A stretch of DNA of 64,000 nucleotides from Mobula hypostoma (taxonomy: Eukaryota): assembly GCF_963921235.1 (NCBI RefSeq), contig NC_086109.1, forward strand, positions 806,001 through 870,000. The letters are read 5' to 3'. Shown in pieces: positions 14,107 to 27,870 of this stretch. The notes below the pieces were generated by a model. It worked only from the letters and a program-made list of their open reading frames with translations. It ran no database searches and was not told the origin of the DNA. The position numbers were made by a program, and so were the translations under genes. Positions within the stretch are counted from its first letter, which is position 1. Each line of letters begins with the position of its first letter.

Positions 14107-14951
14107 CTGTGGGAAGGGGTGGGAGGAGGGGGAGAAGGTAGAGAGGGAAAGGGGAGAGAGAGAGAGAGGAGTGAGAGACGGAAAAAGACAGAAGGGATGG
14201 GGAGGGAAGGGGGAGGGACAAAGAGAGAGGAGAGGTTAGAGATGGAATGGTGGGAGATACGAGAGATAGGGAGTGGAGAAGAAAGAAGCAAGAGAGAGAG
14301 TGGGCAAAGCAGTAGAAGGAGAGAGACTGAAGTGAGAGGGGGAGGGAGGGCAGGAGAGTGAATGTGAGGAGAGATGGGGGAAGGTGACAGGGCAGAATGA
14401 GAGGGGTGAGGGGGAAGAAAGAGGGATGGGGTGAAGAGAGAGGGATATGGGAGAGAAAGTGGGAAGGGTGTTGGGTGAGAGAGACAGTGGGAGAGAGATG
14501 GAGTTGGAGGGAGTGAGGGATGGGAGGGAGGGGGAGGAAGAACGAGGGGTGGCAGAGAGGGCAGAGGAAGACAGGGGGAGGAAGTCAGAGAGAGATGGAT
14601 GGAGAGAAAAGCATAAGTATAGGAAAGATGGTGAGATTGAAACAGTGGGAGTAGGAGTGAGGAAAAGTGATGGAAAGAGGAAGTGAGAGAGGACAAGGGA
14701 GTATTGCACTGCAGGGGTGGCAGTGAGAGACAGGATTGAGAGAGGTGCGATGTGGGAGGGGTGCTTGTGGGACGAATTTTATATTAAATGAGGGGGGTTG
14801 GGGAGCAACCATGTTGAGTGAGGGGCGATGTAGAGATGCCATGATGAAGACGGAGGGAAAACAGTGAGGGAATCCACGTGAGGGCAGGACAGTGAGGGAG
14901 GGGCAGTGGTGATGAAGTAGTGTAGTGAGGGAAAGCAGAGGCTTGACTTAC

Positions 14952-15100
14952 ACTCCACATCGACGAGGGAACTGACGTTCGTGCTGCCCTCTGAGTTCTG
15001 TACCTCACAGGAGACGGGCTCTGTGAAGTATGTGTGATCCACAGCTGTCTCGTACACACTGCCCCGGGCTCCCTCAATGGGCAGCCCGCCCTTCGCCCAT
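14952..15100 (-). CDS. KIRREL1: KIRREL1-like exon (Ig3 C-half)
   Basis: [49 protein letters not shown]; ctcAG/GTaagt; 149 bp, phase 2-1. Confidence 0.92.
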
Positions 15101-15856
15101 CTGAGGGAAAGAGAATGGGAGGTGGAGGTCGAGAAGGGGGAAGGGTGGAAGAGAGAGCAGGGATAAGAAATGGAGAGGAAGACGGGGGAGGGAAAAACAA
15201 AGGGGAGTGAAATGGGTGTAAAAAGGTGGAGTAGATCAGGGGCTTAAGCAAGGGAGTAGAGAAGAGGGTAGGTGGGGAAAGAGGGAGAGATGGTGCAGAG
15301 AGGAGGAGAAGAGAAGGATAGTGATTGCAGGGAAGTGGGGGAAGGAGGGGAGGGATAGGGAGAAGGGGGAAAGAGGGGAGGGATAGGGAGAAGGGGGAAT
15401 GGAAAAGGAAGGCAAAGGGGAAGGGGAGGATGAGAGGTAACAGAGAGAATAACATGAATTTGACCAGTTCTGGTGTCAGTCCTTGCCCCCCAAAGCCATG
15501 TGATGCCCAGAGTAAGGAGCGGTGAGGGCGAGTCTGGAGTGGGGAGGGTGGGGTGAGATGAGATGGAAAGAGGGAGCGGCAATAGGGAGGGTCAGAGGTT
15601 ACAGTACTGGTGAGAGGGAGAAAGCATGAAGAGAGACAAAGGAAAAGTGGGAAGGAGCAGGAGATGAAAGAGCGGCCAGTGTGAGTAGAATGGAAAGGGT
15701 GAAGGGGAATGTGGTGTGGGACAACTTGGCAGTGGGAGTGTATCAGAGAATGGCAAGGACGGGTTGGGATGGGGAAGCTGAAGAGGAGCAGGGGGAGGGG
15801 GAGGACAGAAGGGGTCTACTGGTAATAGACTGGTGAGACCGGGAAAAGGAGAGGCT

Positions 15857-18230
15857 GTGTGATTAGTGTGAGGGGTGTCACTGACAGTGGGATTAGTGTG
15901 AGGGCTGTCACAGTATGGTGGGGAGAGGGGAGGCAGTGGGATTAGTGTGAGAGCTGTCACTGACAGTGGGATTAGTGTGAGGGCTGTCACAGTATGGTGG
16001 GGAGAGGGGAGGCAGTGGGATTAGTGTGAGGGGTGTCACTGACAGTGGGATTAGTGTGAGGGCTGTCACAGTATGGTGGGGAGAGGGGAGGCAGTGGGAT
16101 TAGTGTGAGAGCTGTCACTGACAGTGGGATTAGTGTGAGGGCTGTCACAGTATGGTGGGGAGAGGGGAGGCAGTGGGATTAGTGTGAGAGCTGTCACTGA
16201 CAGTGGGATTAGTGTGAGGGGTGTCACTGACAGTGGGATTAGTGTGAGAGCTGTCACTGACAGTGGGATTAGTGTGAGGGGTGTCACTGACAGTGGGATT
16301 AGTGTGAGGGCTGTCACAATATGGTGGGGAGAGGGGAGGCAGTGGGATTAGTGTGAGAGCTGTCACTGACAGTGAGATTAGTGTGAGGGCTGACTGACAG
16401 TGGGATTAGTGTGAGGGCTGTCACAGTATGGCGGGGAGAGGGGAGGCAGTGGGATTAGTGTGAGAGCTGTCACTGACAGTGGGATTAGTGTGAGGGCTGT
16501 CACAGTATGGTGGGGAGAGGGGAGGCAGTGGGATTAGTGTGAGAGCTGTCACTGACAGTGGGATTAGTGTGAGGGGTGTCACTGACAGTGGGATTAGTAT
16601 GAGGGCTGTCACAGTATGGTGGGGAGAGGGGAGGCAGTGGGATTAGTGTGAGAGCTGTCACTGACAGTCGGATTAGTGTGAGGGGTGTCACTGACAGTGG
16701 GATTAGTGTGAGGGCTGTCACAGTATGGTGGGGAGAGGGGAGGCAGTGGGATTAGTGTGAGAGCTGTCACTGACAGTCGGATTAGTGTGAGGGGTGTCAC
16801 TGACAATGGGATTAGTGTGAGGGATGTCACTAACAGTCGGATTAGTGTGAGGGGTGTCACTGACAGTGGGATTAGTGTGAGAGCTGTCACTGACAGTGTG
16901 ATTAGTGTGAGGGCTGTCACAGTATGGTGGGGAGAGGGGAGGCAGTGGGATTAGTGTGAGAGCTGTCACTGACAGTGGGATTAGTGTGAGGGGTGTCACT
17001 GACAGTGGGATTAGTGTGAGAGCTGTCACTGACAGTGGGATTAGTGTGAGGGGTGTCACTGACAGTGGGATTAGTGTGAGAGCTGTCACTGACAGTGGGA
17101 TTAGTGTGAGGGGTGTCACTGACAGTGGGATTAGTGTGAGGGCTGTCACAATATGGTGGGGAGAGGGGAGGCAGTGGGATTAGTGTGAGAGCTGTCACTG
17201 ACAGTGAGATTAGTGTGAGGGCTGACTGACAGTGGGATTAGTGTGAGGGCTGTCACAGTATGGCGGGGAGAGGGGAGGCAGTGGGATTAGTGTGAGAGCT
17301 GTCACTGACAGTGGGATTAGTGTGAGGGCTGTCACAGTATGGTGGGGAGAGGGGAGGCAGTGGGATTAGTGTGAGAGCTGTCACTGACAGTGGGATTAGT
17401 GTGAGGGGTGTCACTGACAGTGGGATTAGTGTGAGGGCTGTCACAGTATGGTGGGGAGAGGGGAGGCAGTGGGATTAGTGTGAGAGCTGTCACTGACAGT
17501 CGGATTAGTGTGAGGGGTGTCACTGACAGTGAGATTAGTGTGAGGGCTGTCACAGTATGGTGGGGAGAGGGGAGGCAGTGGGATTAGTGTGAGAGCTGTC
17601 ACTGACAGTCGGATTAGTGTGAGGGGTGTCACTGACAATGGGATTAGTGTGAGGGATGTCACTAACAGTCGGATTAGTGTGAGGGGTGTCACTGACAGTG
17701 GGATTAGTGTGAGGGCTGTCACTGACAGTGTGATTAGTGTGAGGGGTATCACTAACAGTGGGATTAGTGTGAGAGCTGTCACTGACAGTGGGATTAGTGT
17801 GAGGGGTGTCACTGACAGTCGGATTAGTGTGAGGGGTGTCACTGACAGTGGGATTAGTGTGAGGGCTGTCACTGACAGTGGGATTAGTGTGAGGGGTGTC
17901 ACTGACAGTGGGATTAGTGTTTCACAGTGGGAATTGTGTAAGGTATGTCACTGACTGTGGGGAGAGGGGAGACCGTAGGATTAGTGTGAGGTCTGTCACA
18001 GGACGGTGGGGAGAGGGAAGGCAGTGGGATTAGTGTGAGGGGTGTCACTGACAGTGGAATTAGTGTTTCACAGTGGAAATTGTGTGAGGGGTGTCACTGA
18101 CTGTGGGGAGAGGGGAGGCAGTGGGATTAGTGTGAGGTCCATCACAGGACGGTGGGGAGAGGGAAGGCAGTGGATTTAGTGTAAGGGCTGTCACTGACAG
18201 TGGAGATAGTGCTTCACAGTGGGATTTGTC
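15857..18230. repeat. Compound minisatellite of 30-bp and 49-bp units
   Basis: Units gtcactgacagtgggattagtgtgaggggt (30 bp) and gtcacagtatggtggggagaggggaggcagtgggattagtgtgagagct (49 bp) are interleaved. Confidence 0.95.
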
Positions 18231-18357
18231 TGGGGACTGACAAATCGTTGTGTGGACAGTGCTTGGCAGTGGGATTAGGCTATGGATTGTCAGCATGGGA
18301 TAGCTGAAACTGGACCTGCACCAATCTCTGGAGGGGATTCTATATCTTACTCCTCAC

Positions 18358-18463
18358 CTGTATCCATTGATGTCAGGATTGGCATTGGCTGTGCAGGTGA
18401 AGACAACACGGTCTCCCTCTCGTACCTTCTGAGGATGTATGGATAACGTGACAGATGGTGGAT
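18358..18463 (-). CDS. KIRREL1: KIRREL1-like exon (Ig3 N-half)
   Basis: (H)[35 protein letters not shown]; cacAG/GTgag; 106 bp, phase 1-2; not in the ORF track. Confidence 0.9.
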
Positions 18464-19137
18464 CTGTGGACGAGGAAGATAGAGAGGTTAGAATGCATTT
18501 GGTGGGGAAAGAGAGATGCAGAGCATCAGCGAAGAGTCAGGAAGTGTTATGGTGTAGGGAAGAGGGATGGACTTTTGGAGAGAGATGGCAGGGAGAAGGA
18601 GTAGAGTGAGGGAGAAAGCACACTTGAAATTGTGACTGAGAGAGAAATGGAGATGTCCCTGGAGGGATGGGAGAAACAGCAACATTGAAAGAGTGAGAGA
18701 GTGAGTGAGTGAGTGAGAGAGAGAGAGAGAGGTAACTTCATAGTGTAAGAAACACTTTCCCCTCTTCTTCCCCACTACCTTCTCTCACTTCTCCCTCCAT
18801 TGCCATTCTTTTCTCCATTCCAACTTCATCCTGTCTTCCTTTCTCCAATGCCCCTCTCCAACCCTCCAGGTCCCCTTCCCTTTGTTGCCCCTCTATCTCT
18901 CTGCCCCCTCTCCCCCTACTTGCCTCCCTCTCTACACCTCTTTCCATCTCCCACCTCCACCAACAGCCATCTCCCCTCGTCTTTATCCATCTCTCCTTCT
19001 TTCTTTGCATTTCACTTTTTATCCATCTCTCCTTCCTCTCTCATTTGTATTCTCCCTGTCTCTCTCTACCTATGTCACTTTCTCCCTTTCCTTCTCCATC
19101 CTTCCAACCCTTCTTATATCTCCCTGTTCCTCTCTAC

Positions 19138-22100
19138 ATAAGAACATAAGAAATAGGAGCAGGAGTAGGCCATCTGACCTGTCGAGCCTGCTCCGCCATT
19201 CCATAAAATCCACAGATTCACCACTTTCTGGAAAAGCAGTTCCTCCTCATCTCCATCCTGAATCTACTCCCTTGAATCTTGAGGCTATGTCCCTTAGTTC
19301 TAGTCTCACCTACCAGTGGAAACAACTTTCTTGCCTCTATCTTATCTATTCCTTTCATAATTCTATATGTTTCTATAAGATCCCCTCACATTCTTCTGAA
19401 TTCCAGCAAATACAGTCCCAGGTGACTCAATCTCTCCTCATAGTCTAACCCCCTCATCTCTGGAATCAACCTGGTGAACCTCCTCTGCATCGCCTCCAAA
19501 GCCAAAAAATCTCTGTAAATTTTCCACTGTTCCTCAACTGTCCCACATGTAGCCTGTGTTCCCAGTCTACAGGAGACAAATCCCCCCTCATCCCATTGTA
19601 GCTTCCATTGTTCAGGCTTAATATACTGGGGCTAGCGACCCTTGAGCTTGTTATCGCTGAGCAGCGGTGAACCATCTGATTGGCCTATCAGAGTTCTCTT
19701 TGGGAACTAGTTGACTTGATCAGCGTTTCTGATCTGGCTATTGTTCACGATTGCACTTAATAAAAAAAAAAGACATTCTACAAATTCTTCCTCTTGAGGT
19801 CCAGTATTGGCCTAGTTTTCCCCAATCCACTTTCATGTTAAAATTCCTAACAATTACCATGACGTTGCCCTTCTGACATGCCTTTTCTATCTCCTGCTGT
19901 AATTTGTAATCCACATCCCAGCTGCTGTTTGGAGGCCTGTGTACAACTGTCATTAGGATCCTTTTACCCTTGCCATTTCTTAACTCAACCCATAGAGACT
20001 CTACACCTGCCGATCCTATGTCTTCCTTTCTAATGATTTAAAATTATTTCTTATGCACAGGGCCACACCACCCCCTCTGCCTACTAACCTATTTTTCTGA
20101 TACACTGTATATCCTTGGACATTCAACTCCCAATGGCAGCCATCCTTTAGCCAAGTTTCAGAGATGGCCACAAAGTCAACCTTGCCAATCTGTAGCTAAT
20201 TTTCAAGATTGTCCATTTTATTTCTTGTGTTGCGTGCATTCAAATACAACACTCTCAGTCCAGTATTTGTTGCTTTCCGTTTTAACTGCACCATGCCTCC
20301 ATTGCCCTGTAAATTACTTCACTGGCTGTGATTATGCCTCATCTCCTACCTGTTCTTTCTATCATCTCTTGTTGCACGCTATCTTTGATTTATTTCTGTT
20401 TTCCCCTTCGTCAGCCCTAATACTCTGGTTCTCATCCCCCTGCCAAATTAGTAATGATCTTTCAAGAATCAATAGATTCTGGAATAGTTCCAGAGGACTG
20501 GAAAATTGAAAATGTAATTTCATGCTTCAAAATGTGAGAGAGGCAGAAGAAAACAAATTATAGGTCAGTTAGTATGACCTCAGTGGTTGGGAAGATGTTG
20601 GAGTCGATTGTTAAAGATGTGGTTTTGGGGTACTTGGAAGCACATGATAAAATAGGCAGAGTCCGCATGGTTTCCTTAAGGGAAATTCTGCTGGAATACT
20701 TTGAAGAAATATTAAGGAGGGTGGATAAAGGAGAATCAGCCAATGTTGTGTACTTGGATTTTCAGAAGGCCTTTGACAAGATGCTGCACATAAGGCTGCT
20801 AACCTGTTAAGAGCCCATCATATTACAGGAAATACTAGCACAGATGGAGCATTGGCCTATTGTCAGGAGGCAATGAGTGGGAATAAACGGAACTTTTTCT
20901 GGTTCGCTGCCAGTGACTCTTCTGGGGCAGGTGGGACCTGTACAAAATGGACGGTTTGCGCTAGGATCCAAGGGATCCAATATTCTTGTGGGCAGATTTA
21001 CTGGAGCTGTTGCGAATGGTTTAAACTAATTTGGCAAGGGGATGAGAGCCAGGATTATCAGCTGAGGATGAGACAGCAGGTTTACAAGTAGACGATGGGT
21101 ATAATATGAATGTAAGGAAGGACAAGCCAGTTATTGGGTGCAAATGCAGACAGAGCAAGGAGTTAAATTGTCTCACAGAGGCAAAATTCAAAAGGGCGAA
21201 GAATGCAGGACTAAAGATGCTGTCTTTAAATGCACGTAACATTTGGAATAAGGTGGATGAACTTGTGGCGCAATTAGAGATTGGTTATTATGACACTGTG
21301 GCATCACTGAGGCCATAGTTGGGAGCTGAATGTCAAAGGATATAGGACAGGCAGGAAAGTATAGGTGGTGGTGTGGCTCTGTTAGTAAGAGATGGAATTA
21401 CATCTTTAGAAAGAGCTGACAAAGAGTCAAAGAATGTTGAATCTTTGTGGGTGGAGTGAAGAAATTGCAAGGGTAAAAAAAAATTATGTGAATCATATAT
21501 AACCCTTCAAGTATTCACCAAGATGTGGGGCTGAGATTGCAAAGGAAGCTGGAAAAGGCATGTAATAAGGACACAATTGTAATAATGGACTTCAATATGC
21601 AAGGGGATTGGGGAAATCAGTTTGGCATTGGATCGCAAAACAAGGAATGTGTTGAATGCCTACAAGATGGCTTTTTAGAGCAGATTGTGCTTGAGCCTAC
21701 TTGGGGAAAGGCTATATTAGATTGAGTGTTGTGTAATAACCCAGACCTTACTAAAGAAACCCCTAGGGATCAGTGATCATAATATGATCATAACTCACAT
21801 GTATCAGTATTGCAATGGAATAAAGGGAACCACAAAGTCAGCCTGCCCAGGTGGATTGAAGGAGTTAACTGGCAGGTATGACAGCAGATCAGAGATGGCT
21901 GAAGTTTCTGGGAATAGTTCATAAGGCCCAGGAAAGATATGTCCCACAGAGGAAGAAGTTCTCAAATGGTGGGTGTAGGCAACCATGTCTGACGAAGGAA
22001 GTTAAGGACTGCATAAAAGCCAATGAAAGGACATTTAAGGTAGCAAAAGTGAGTGGGAAGATAGTTGACTGGAAAATGATGCTAGTGAGGTAGTAATGGG

Positions 22101-25100
22101 GGACAAAGATGAATTTAATGGGTACTTTGCATCTGTCTTCACTGTGGAAGATACTGCAGTGTACCAGAGGTCTGTGAGTGTCAGGGAGCAGGAGTGAGTG
22201 CCGTTGCTTTTACAAAGGAAAAAGTGCTATGTAAGCTCAAAGGTTGTAAGGTGGATAAGTCACCGGACCAGATGGACTACATCCCAGAGGCCTGAGAAAG
22301 GTTGCTGAAGAGATAACAGATGCATTGGTCATGGTCTCAGGTTGCTGAAGAGATAACAGATGCATTGGTCATGGTCTTTCAAGAATCACTTGATTCTGAC
22401 ATGGTCCCTGAGGACTGGAGAATTCCAAGTGTCACTCCACTCTTTGAGAATGGATGAAGGCAAAAGAAAGGAAATCACAGGCCAGTTAACCTAACCTCAG
22501 AGGTTGGGAAAGTGTTGGACTCTATTATTAAGGATGAGGTTTTGGGATATTTGGAGACTAACGATAACAAAATCAAAGTCAGCATGGTTTCTGTAAAGGG
22601 AAATCTTGCCTGACAAATCTGTTCGAGTTCTTCGAGGAAGTAACAAGCAGTGTGGACAAAGGAGAGGCTGGATGTCATTTATTTGGATTTTCAGAAAGCA
22701 TTTGATAAGGTGTCAAACAAGAGACTGCTTAACAAGATAAAATTCAATGGTTTTACATGAAAGGTACTGGCATGGATAGCGGAATGGCCAACAGGCAGGA
22801 GGCAGCGAGTGGGAATAAAAGGGGCCTTTTCTTGTTGGCTGCCAGTGACTAGTGGTGTTCTTCAGGGGTAAGTATTGGGACCGCTACTTTTCACATTGTT
22901 TGATGGAATTGATGGCTTTGTGGCAAAATTGGCGGACGATATGAAGATAGGTGGAGTGGTAGGTAGTGCTGAGAAAGCAATGCAATTACAGCAGGACTTA
23001 GACAAATTGGAAGATTGGGCAAAAAATGTGGCAGATGGAATACAGTGTTGGGAAATATATGAGAATGCATTTTGGTAAAAGGAACAATAGTGCAGACTAT
23101 TGTCTAAATGGGGAGAAGGTTCAGACATCAGAATGCAGAGGGACTTAGGAGTTCTCGTGCAAGGCTCCCAGAAGGTTAATTTTACAGGTTAAGCAAATGC
23201 AATGTTGGCATTTATTTCAAGGAGAATAGAATATGAAAGCAAAGAGATAATGCTGGGCCTTTATAAGACATTAGTCAGGCCACACTTGGAGTATGTCAAC
23301 AGTTTTGGGCCCCATATCTCAGAAAGGATGTGTTGTCATTGTTGAGATTCCAGAGGAGCTTCACGAGGATGATTCCAGGAATGAAGGGGTTAACATACTA
23401 GCAGCTTTGGGCCTGTACTCACTGGACTTTAGAAGAATGCAGGGGATCTCATTGAAACCAAGCAAATGTTGAAAGGACTAGATAGAGTGGATGTGGAGAG
23501 AATATTTCCAATGGTGCGGGGTATCCAGAACTAGAGGGTAAAGCCTCAAAATTGAGGGGCGACCCTTTAGGACAGAGATAAGGAAGATTTTTTTTTGCCA
23601 GCGAATATTGAATCTGTAGAATGCTCTGCCACAGACTGTGGTGGAGGCCAAGTCTGTGTGTATATTTAAGGTGCAAGTTGATTGTTTCCTGATTGGTCAG
23701 GGCATCAAAGGATATGGTGAGAATGCAAGCTGAGTGGGATCCAGGATCAGCCGTGATGGAATGGCAGAGCAGACTTGATGGGCTGAGTGGCCTAATTCTG
23801 CTCCTATGTCTTATGAAGTTAGTATCTATTTCAAGAGAACTAGAATATAAAAGGAAGGATATAATGTTGAGGCTTTATAAAACAATGGTGAGGCCTCATT
23901 TGAAGTATTGTGAGCAGAATTGAGCCCCTTATCGAAGAAAGCATGTACTGACATTGGAGAGTGTTCAAAGGAGATTCAAAATGATGATCAGGGATTGAAA
24001 CGTTTGTCATATGTGGAGCGTTTGATGGTTCTGGCTCTCTATCATTGGAATTCAGAAGAATGAGGAGTGACCTCATTAATACCTCTTGAAGTTTCAAAGG
24101 CCTCGATAGAGTGAATGTTTCCTCTGGTGTGGGAGTCTAAGACCAGAGGACATTGCCTCAGAATAGAGGAACGTCTTCTTAGGATGGAGATGAGGAGGAA
24201 TTCCTTTATCCAGAGAGCGGTGAATCTGGAATTCGTTGCCAAAGGTGGCTCTGGAGGCCAAGTCATTGAGTATATTTCAGGTGGATTTTGATAGATTCTT
24301 GATTAGTTTGGGCATCATTAGGTTGGACATCAAGAAGGTAAAAATGAAATACGAAAGTAAGCTGGCCAATAATATTAAGAGAATGCTAAAAGATTCTTCA
24401 GATACATAAAGTGAAAAAAAGAGATGAGAGTGGATAACAGACCACTGAAAACAATGCTGGAGAGGTAGTATGGGGTAGTAATGAGGTAGTTATTGGAAGT
24501 ACAGTATATTCTGAGGGTCTTGATATATAAGTATTTGGATAAACATGGGCTAATTAAGGATAGTCAGCATGGCTTTGTGCATGGTAGGTCACGTCCAACC
24601 AAACTTAGAGTTTTTGAGGAAGCCACCTGGAATGTTAATGAAGGCAAGGCAGTGGATGTTGTATACATGGATATTAGTAAGACAACTGACAAGGTCCAGC
24701 ACAGGAGGTTGGTCAAGAAGATTTAGTCACTCTGCCTTCAAAATGAGGTAGTAAATTGGATTGGACATTGGTTTTGTGGGAGAAGCTAGAGAGTGATAGT
24801 AAGTGGTTGCCTTTCTGACTGGAGGCCTGTGACAAGTGGAGTGCCAGAAGGATTGGTGCTGGGTCCTTCGTCAGAATCAGAATCAAAGTTTATTATCACC
24901 GGCATGAAATTTGTTAACTTAGCAGCAGCAGTTCAATGCAATGCATAACATAGGAGGAAAAAAAGTAATAAATAAAAAAAATAAATAAATTACAGTCTGT
25001 CATCTATATAAAGGATCCGGATGATAATGTGGTTAACTGAATCAGCAAATTTGTGGATGACACCAAGATTGGGGATGTAGTGGACCAAAGAAGGCGATCA

Positions 25101-25400
25101 TGGCTTGCAGTGGGATCTAGACCAGCTGGAAAATGGTCTGGAAAATGGCAGGTACAGAGGAGATGTCAGTGGTAAGTTTTTTTTATGCAGAGAGTGGTGA
25201 GTGCATGGAATGGGCTGCCAGTGACAGTGGTGGAGTTGGATACAACAGGGTCTTTTAAGAGGTTCCTGGATAGGTACATGGAGTTTAGAAAAAGGGAGGG
25301 CTATGGGTAATCCTAGGTAATTTCTAAATTAAGTACATGTTCAGCACAGCATTGTGGGCTGAAGGGCCTTTATTGTGCTGCAGGTTTTCTATGTTTCTAT
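19138..25400. mobile_element. Cluster of CR1 fragments: minus ~19138-20450; plus ~20455-25400, including a long copy at ~20917-23815
   Basis: LNARNIWNKVDEL (EN), VYLDFQKAFDK and KLADDMKIGG (RT); tails (cttatg)/(tctatgtt). Confidence 0.85.
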
Positions 25401-25404
25401 GTTT

Positions 25405-25930
25405 CACTGCGCACCTATGCTATACTCCGTCCACCAGAAAAAGCATGATCTCCCAGTAGCCACCTATTTAAATTCTACTTCCCATTCCTACTCCGACATG
25501 GCCTCCTCCACTGCATTGATGAGGCCACATTCAAGTTGGAGGAGCAACATCTTATATTCCATCTGGGTAGCCTTCAACCTGATAGCATGAACATTGATTT
25601 CTCAAATTTCCAATGATTGCCTCCCCTTTCTCTTTCATCATTTCTCTTTCCTTTTTCCCTCTCTCACCTCATCTCCTTATCTTTCCTACCTCCCTCTGGT
25701 TATCCCCCACCTTCTGTTTCTTCCATGGTCTTCTACCCTCTCCTATCAGATTCCCCATTCTCCAACTCTTTATCTCTTTCACCCCTCTCCCCTCCAGTTT
25801 CACTACCACCTACCACCTTCTACTTTTTCCTTGCCTCCCACCCCACTCTGACTTCTCATCTTTTTCTCCAGTTCTGACGAAGAGTTGGCCCGAAACATCA
25901 ACTGTTTATTCTTTCCATATATTGCTGCCT
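25405..25930 (+). mobile_element. Penelope-like element 3' fragment (GIY-YIG C-terminus plus 3' UTR)
   Basis: DLPVATYLNSTSHSYSDM..LEEQHLIFHLGSLQPDSMNIDFSNF reading; hammerhead-like core at 25869-25904. Confidence 0.75.
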
Positions 25931-27870
25931 TCCTCATCCAAGTCATTTACAAAATTCAGTAACAGCAGGGATCCCAAAACAGCTCCCTATGGAACACCAC
26001 CAGTTACTGACCTCCAGCTATAATATGCTCCATCTACAACCACCCTCTACCTTCTACAGGCAAGCCAATTCTGAATTCACGTGGACAAATTTTCCTCCTG
26101 AATTTCTGAATCAGCATACAAGGGGGAACCTAATCAAGTACCTTACGAAAACCATATCCACTGCTCTAATTTCATCAATGTGATTTGCCACATCATCAAA
26201 AAATTCAGTCAGATTTGTGAGGCATGACCTGCCATTCACAAAGCCTTGCTGATTGTCCCTAATCAGGCTATGCTTCTCCAAATACTTGTAAATCCCATCT
26301 CTAAGAATTTTCTCTTGTATTTTCCCACCAATGAAGTAAGTTTCATTGGTCTATAATTCCCAGAGTTATCCCTACTCCCTTTCCTGAATAGGAATAATAT
26401 TTGCCACCATCCGATCATCTGCTACTAATCCTGTGACCAGTGTGGATACAAAAATCACTGCCAAAGGCACAGTGATCTCTTCCCTCATTTCCTGTAACAA
26501 CCTGTGATATAACCTGTCCAAACCTAGGAACTTGTGTATCTTAGTGTTTTTCAAAGGTTCCAGCACATGCTCTTTCTTAATGTTGACATGTTCTAATATA
26601 TCAGCCTGTTTTAAGCTGTCCTTACAAATGTCAAGTTTCCTCTCACTGGTGAATACTGAAGCAAAGTACTCATTAAGGACCTCCCCTAACTTCCCTGACT
26701 CTGTTTTCGTTTTATCCTGATCAGTCCTACCTTTACTCTAGTCATCCTCCTGTTCTTCACTTATGTGTAGAATGCCTTGGGATATTCCTTAATTCTACTT
26801 GGCAAGACCTTCTCTTGCACCTTTCTACCTCTTACTAGTCTACTCTTAAGCTCCGTTCTAGCTACCTTGTAACTCTTCAGAGTTCTATCTGATCCTTGAT
26901 TCCTAAACCTTAAGAAGATTCTTTCTTCCTCTTACAAAAAAATCTGCAGATGCTGGAAATCCAAGCAACACACAGAAAGTGCTAGAGGAACTCAGCAGGC
27001 CAGGCAGCATCTATGGAAATGAGTACAGTCGATGTTTTGAGCCAAGACCTTTTGGCAAGACTGGAGAAAAGGCTGAGGAGTAGATTTAAAAGCTGGGGGG
27101 AGGAGAGAGAGAAACAGAAGATGATAGGTGAAACCTGAAGGGGGAAGGATGAAGTAAAGATCTGAAAAGTTGATTAGTGAAGGAGATACAGGACTGGAGA
27201 AGGGGGAGTCTGATAGAAGAGGACAGAAGCCTTGGAAGAAAGAAAAGGGGGGAGGAGCACCAAAGGGAGGCAATGGGTAGTCAAGGAGATAAGGTGTGAG
27301 AGGGAAAAGGAGATGGGGAATGATGAAGGGGTGAGGGGGAGGAATACCGGAAGTTTGAGAAATTGATGTTCATGCCATCATGAGGCTACCCAGACGGAAT
27401 ATAAGGTATTGTTCCTCCAACCTAAGTGTGGCTTCATCATGACAGTCAGTGGAGGAGGCCATGGATAGACATATCAGAATGGGAATGGGAAGTGGAATTA
27501 AAATGGATGGCCACGGGGAGATCCCACTTATTCTGGTGGACGGAGCATAGAGGCGTAGGTTCTTCATCTTGACTAGATATTCCATATCTCTTGTCAACCA
27601 TGATTCCTACACTCTACCATTCTTCCTCTTCCTCAATGGGACAAACACATCCAGAACCCCATGCTGGTGCTCCATAAACAACCGTCACATTTCTGTTGCG
27701 CATTTCTCTGAGTACATCCATTCACAATTTATGCTCCCAAATTCCTGACTAATAGCAACAAAATTCCATTTCTTCCAATTAAATACAGTACTTTGCCATA
27801 CAGTCTTCTCCTATCCCTGTCCAAGGCTATGGTAAAGGTCAGGGAGTTTGGGTAACTGTCTCTGAAATGC
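25930..27870 (-). mobile_element. CR1 ORF2 fragment containing a Penelope-like 3' fragment (~26935-27558, minus)
   Basis: RT-like host; insert reads CHDEATLRLEEQYLIFRLGSL; flanked by approximate direct repeat ttcttcctctt/ttcttcatctt. Confidence 0.75.

Larger units (their letters stand above)
10690..15850. repeat. GA-rich low-complexity tracts around exons, with a CR1 3' fragment at ~12562-12845
   Basis: Near-pure purine plus strand; the S/P/L-rich ORFs are compositional artefacts; GHSFKV..RFFTQRVVSAWN is the CR1 C-terminus. Confidence 0.85.

Noticed and set aside
11430..14709. Long S/P/L-rich and G/E/R-rich ORFs (also 477 aa at 35708-37141)
   Set aside because: Artefacts of stop-poor GA/CT low-complexity DNA; no domains
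15857..18230. CRISPR-like array or repeat-protein ORFs (TALTLIPLSV)n
   Set aside because: No unique spacers, no cas genes and a eukaryotic context; the ORFs are translations of the minisatellite
22299..22377. 39-bp direct duplication in a CR1 (also a small triplication at ~53700)
   Set aside because: Ordinary slippage or repair duplication in a dead element
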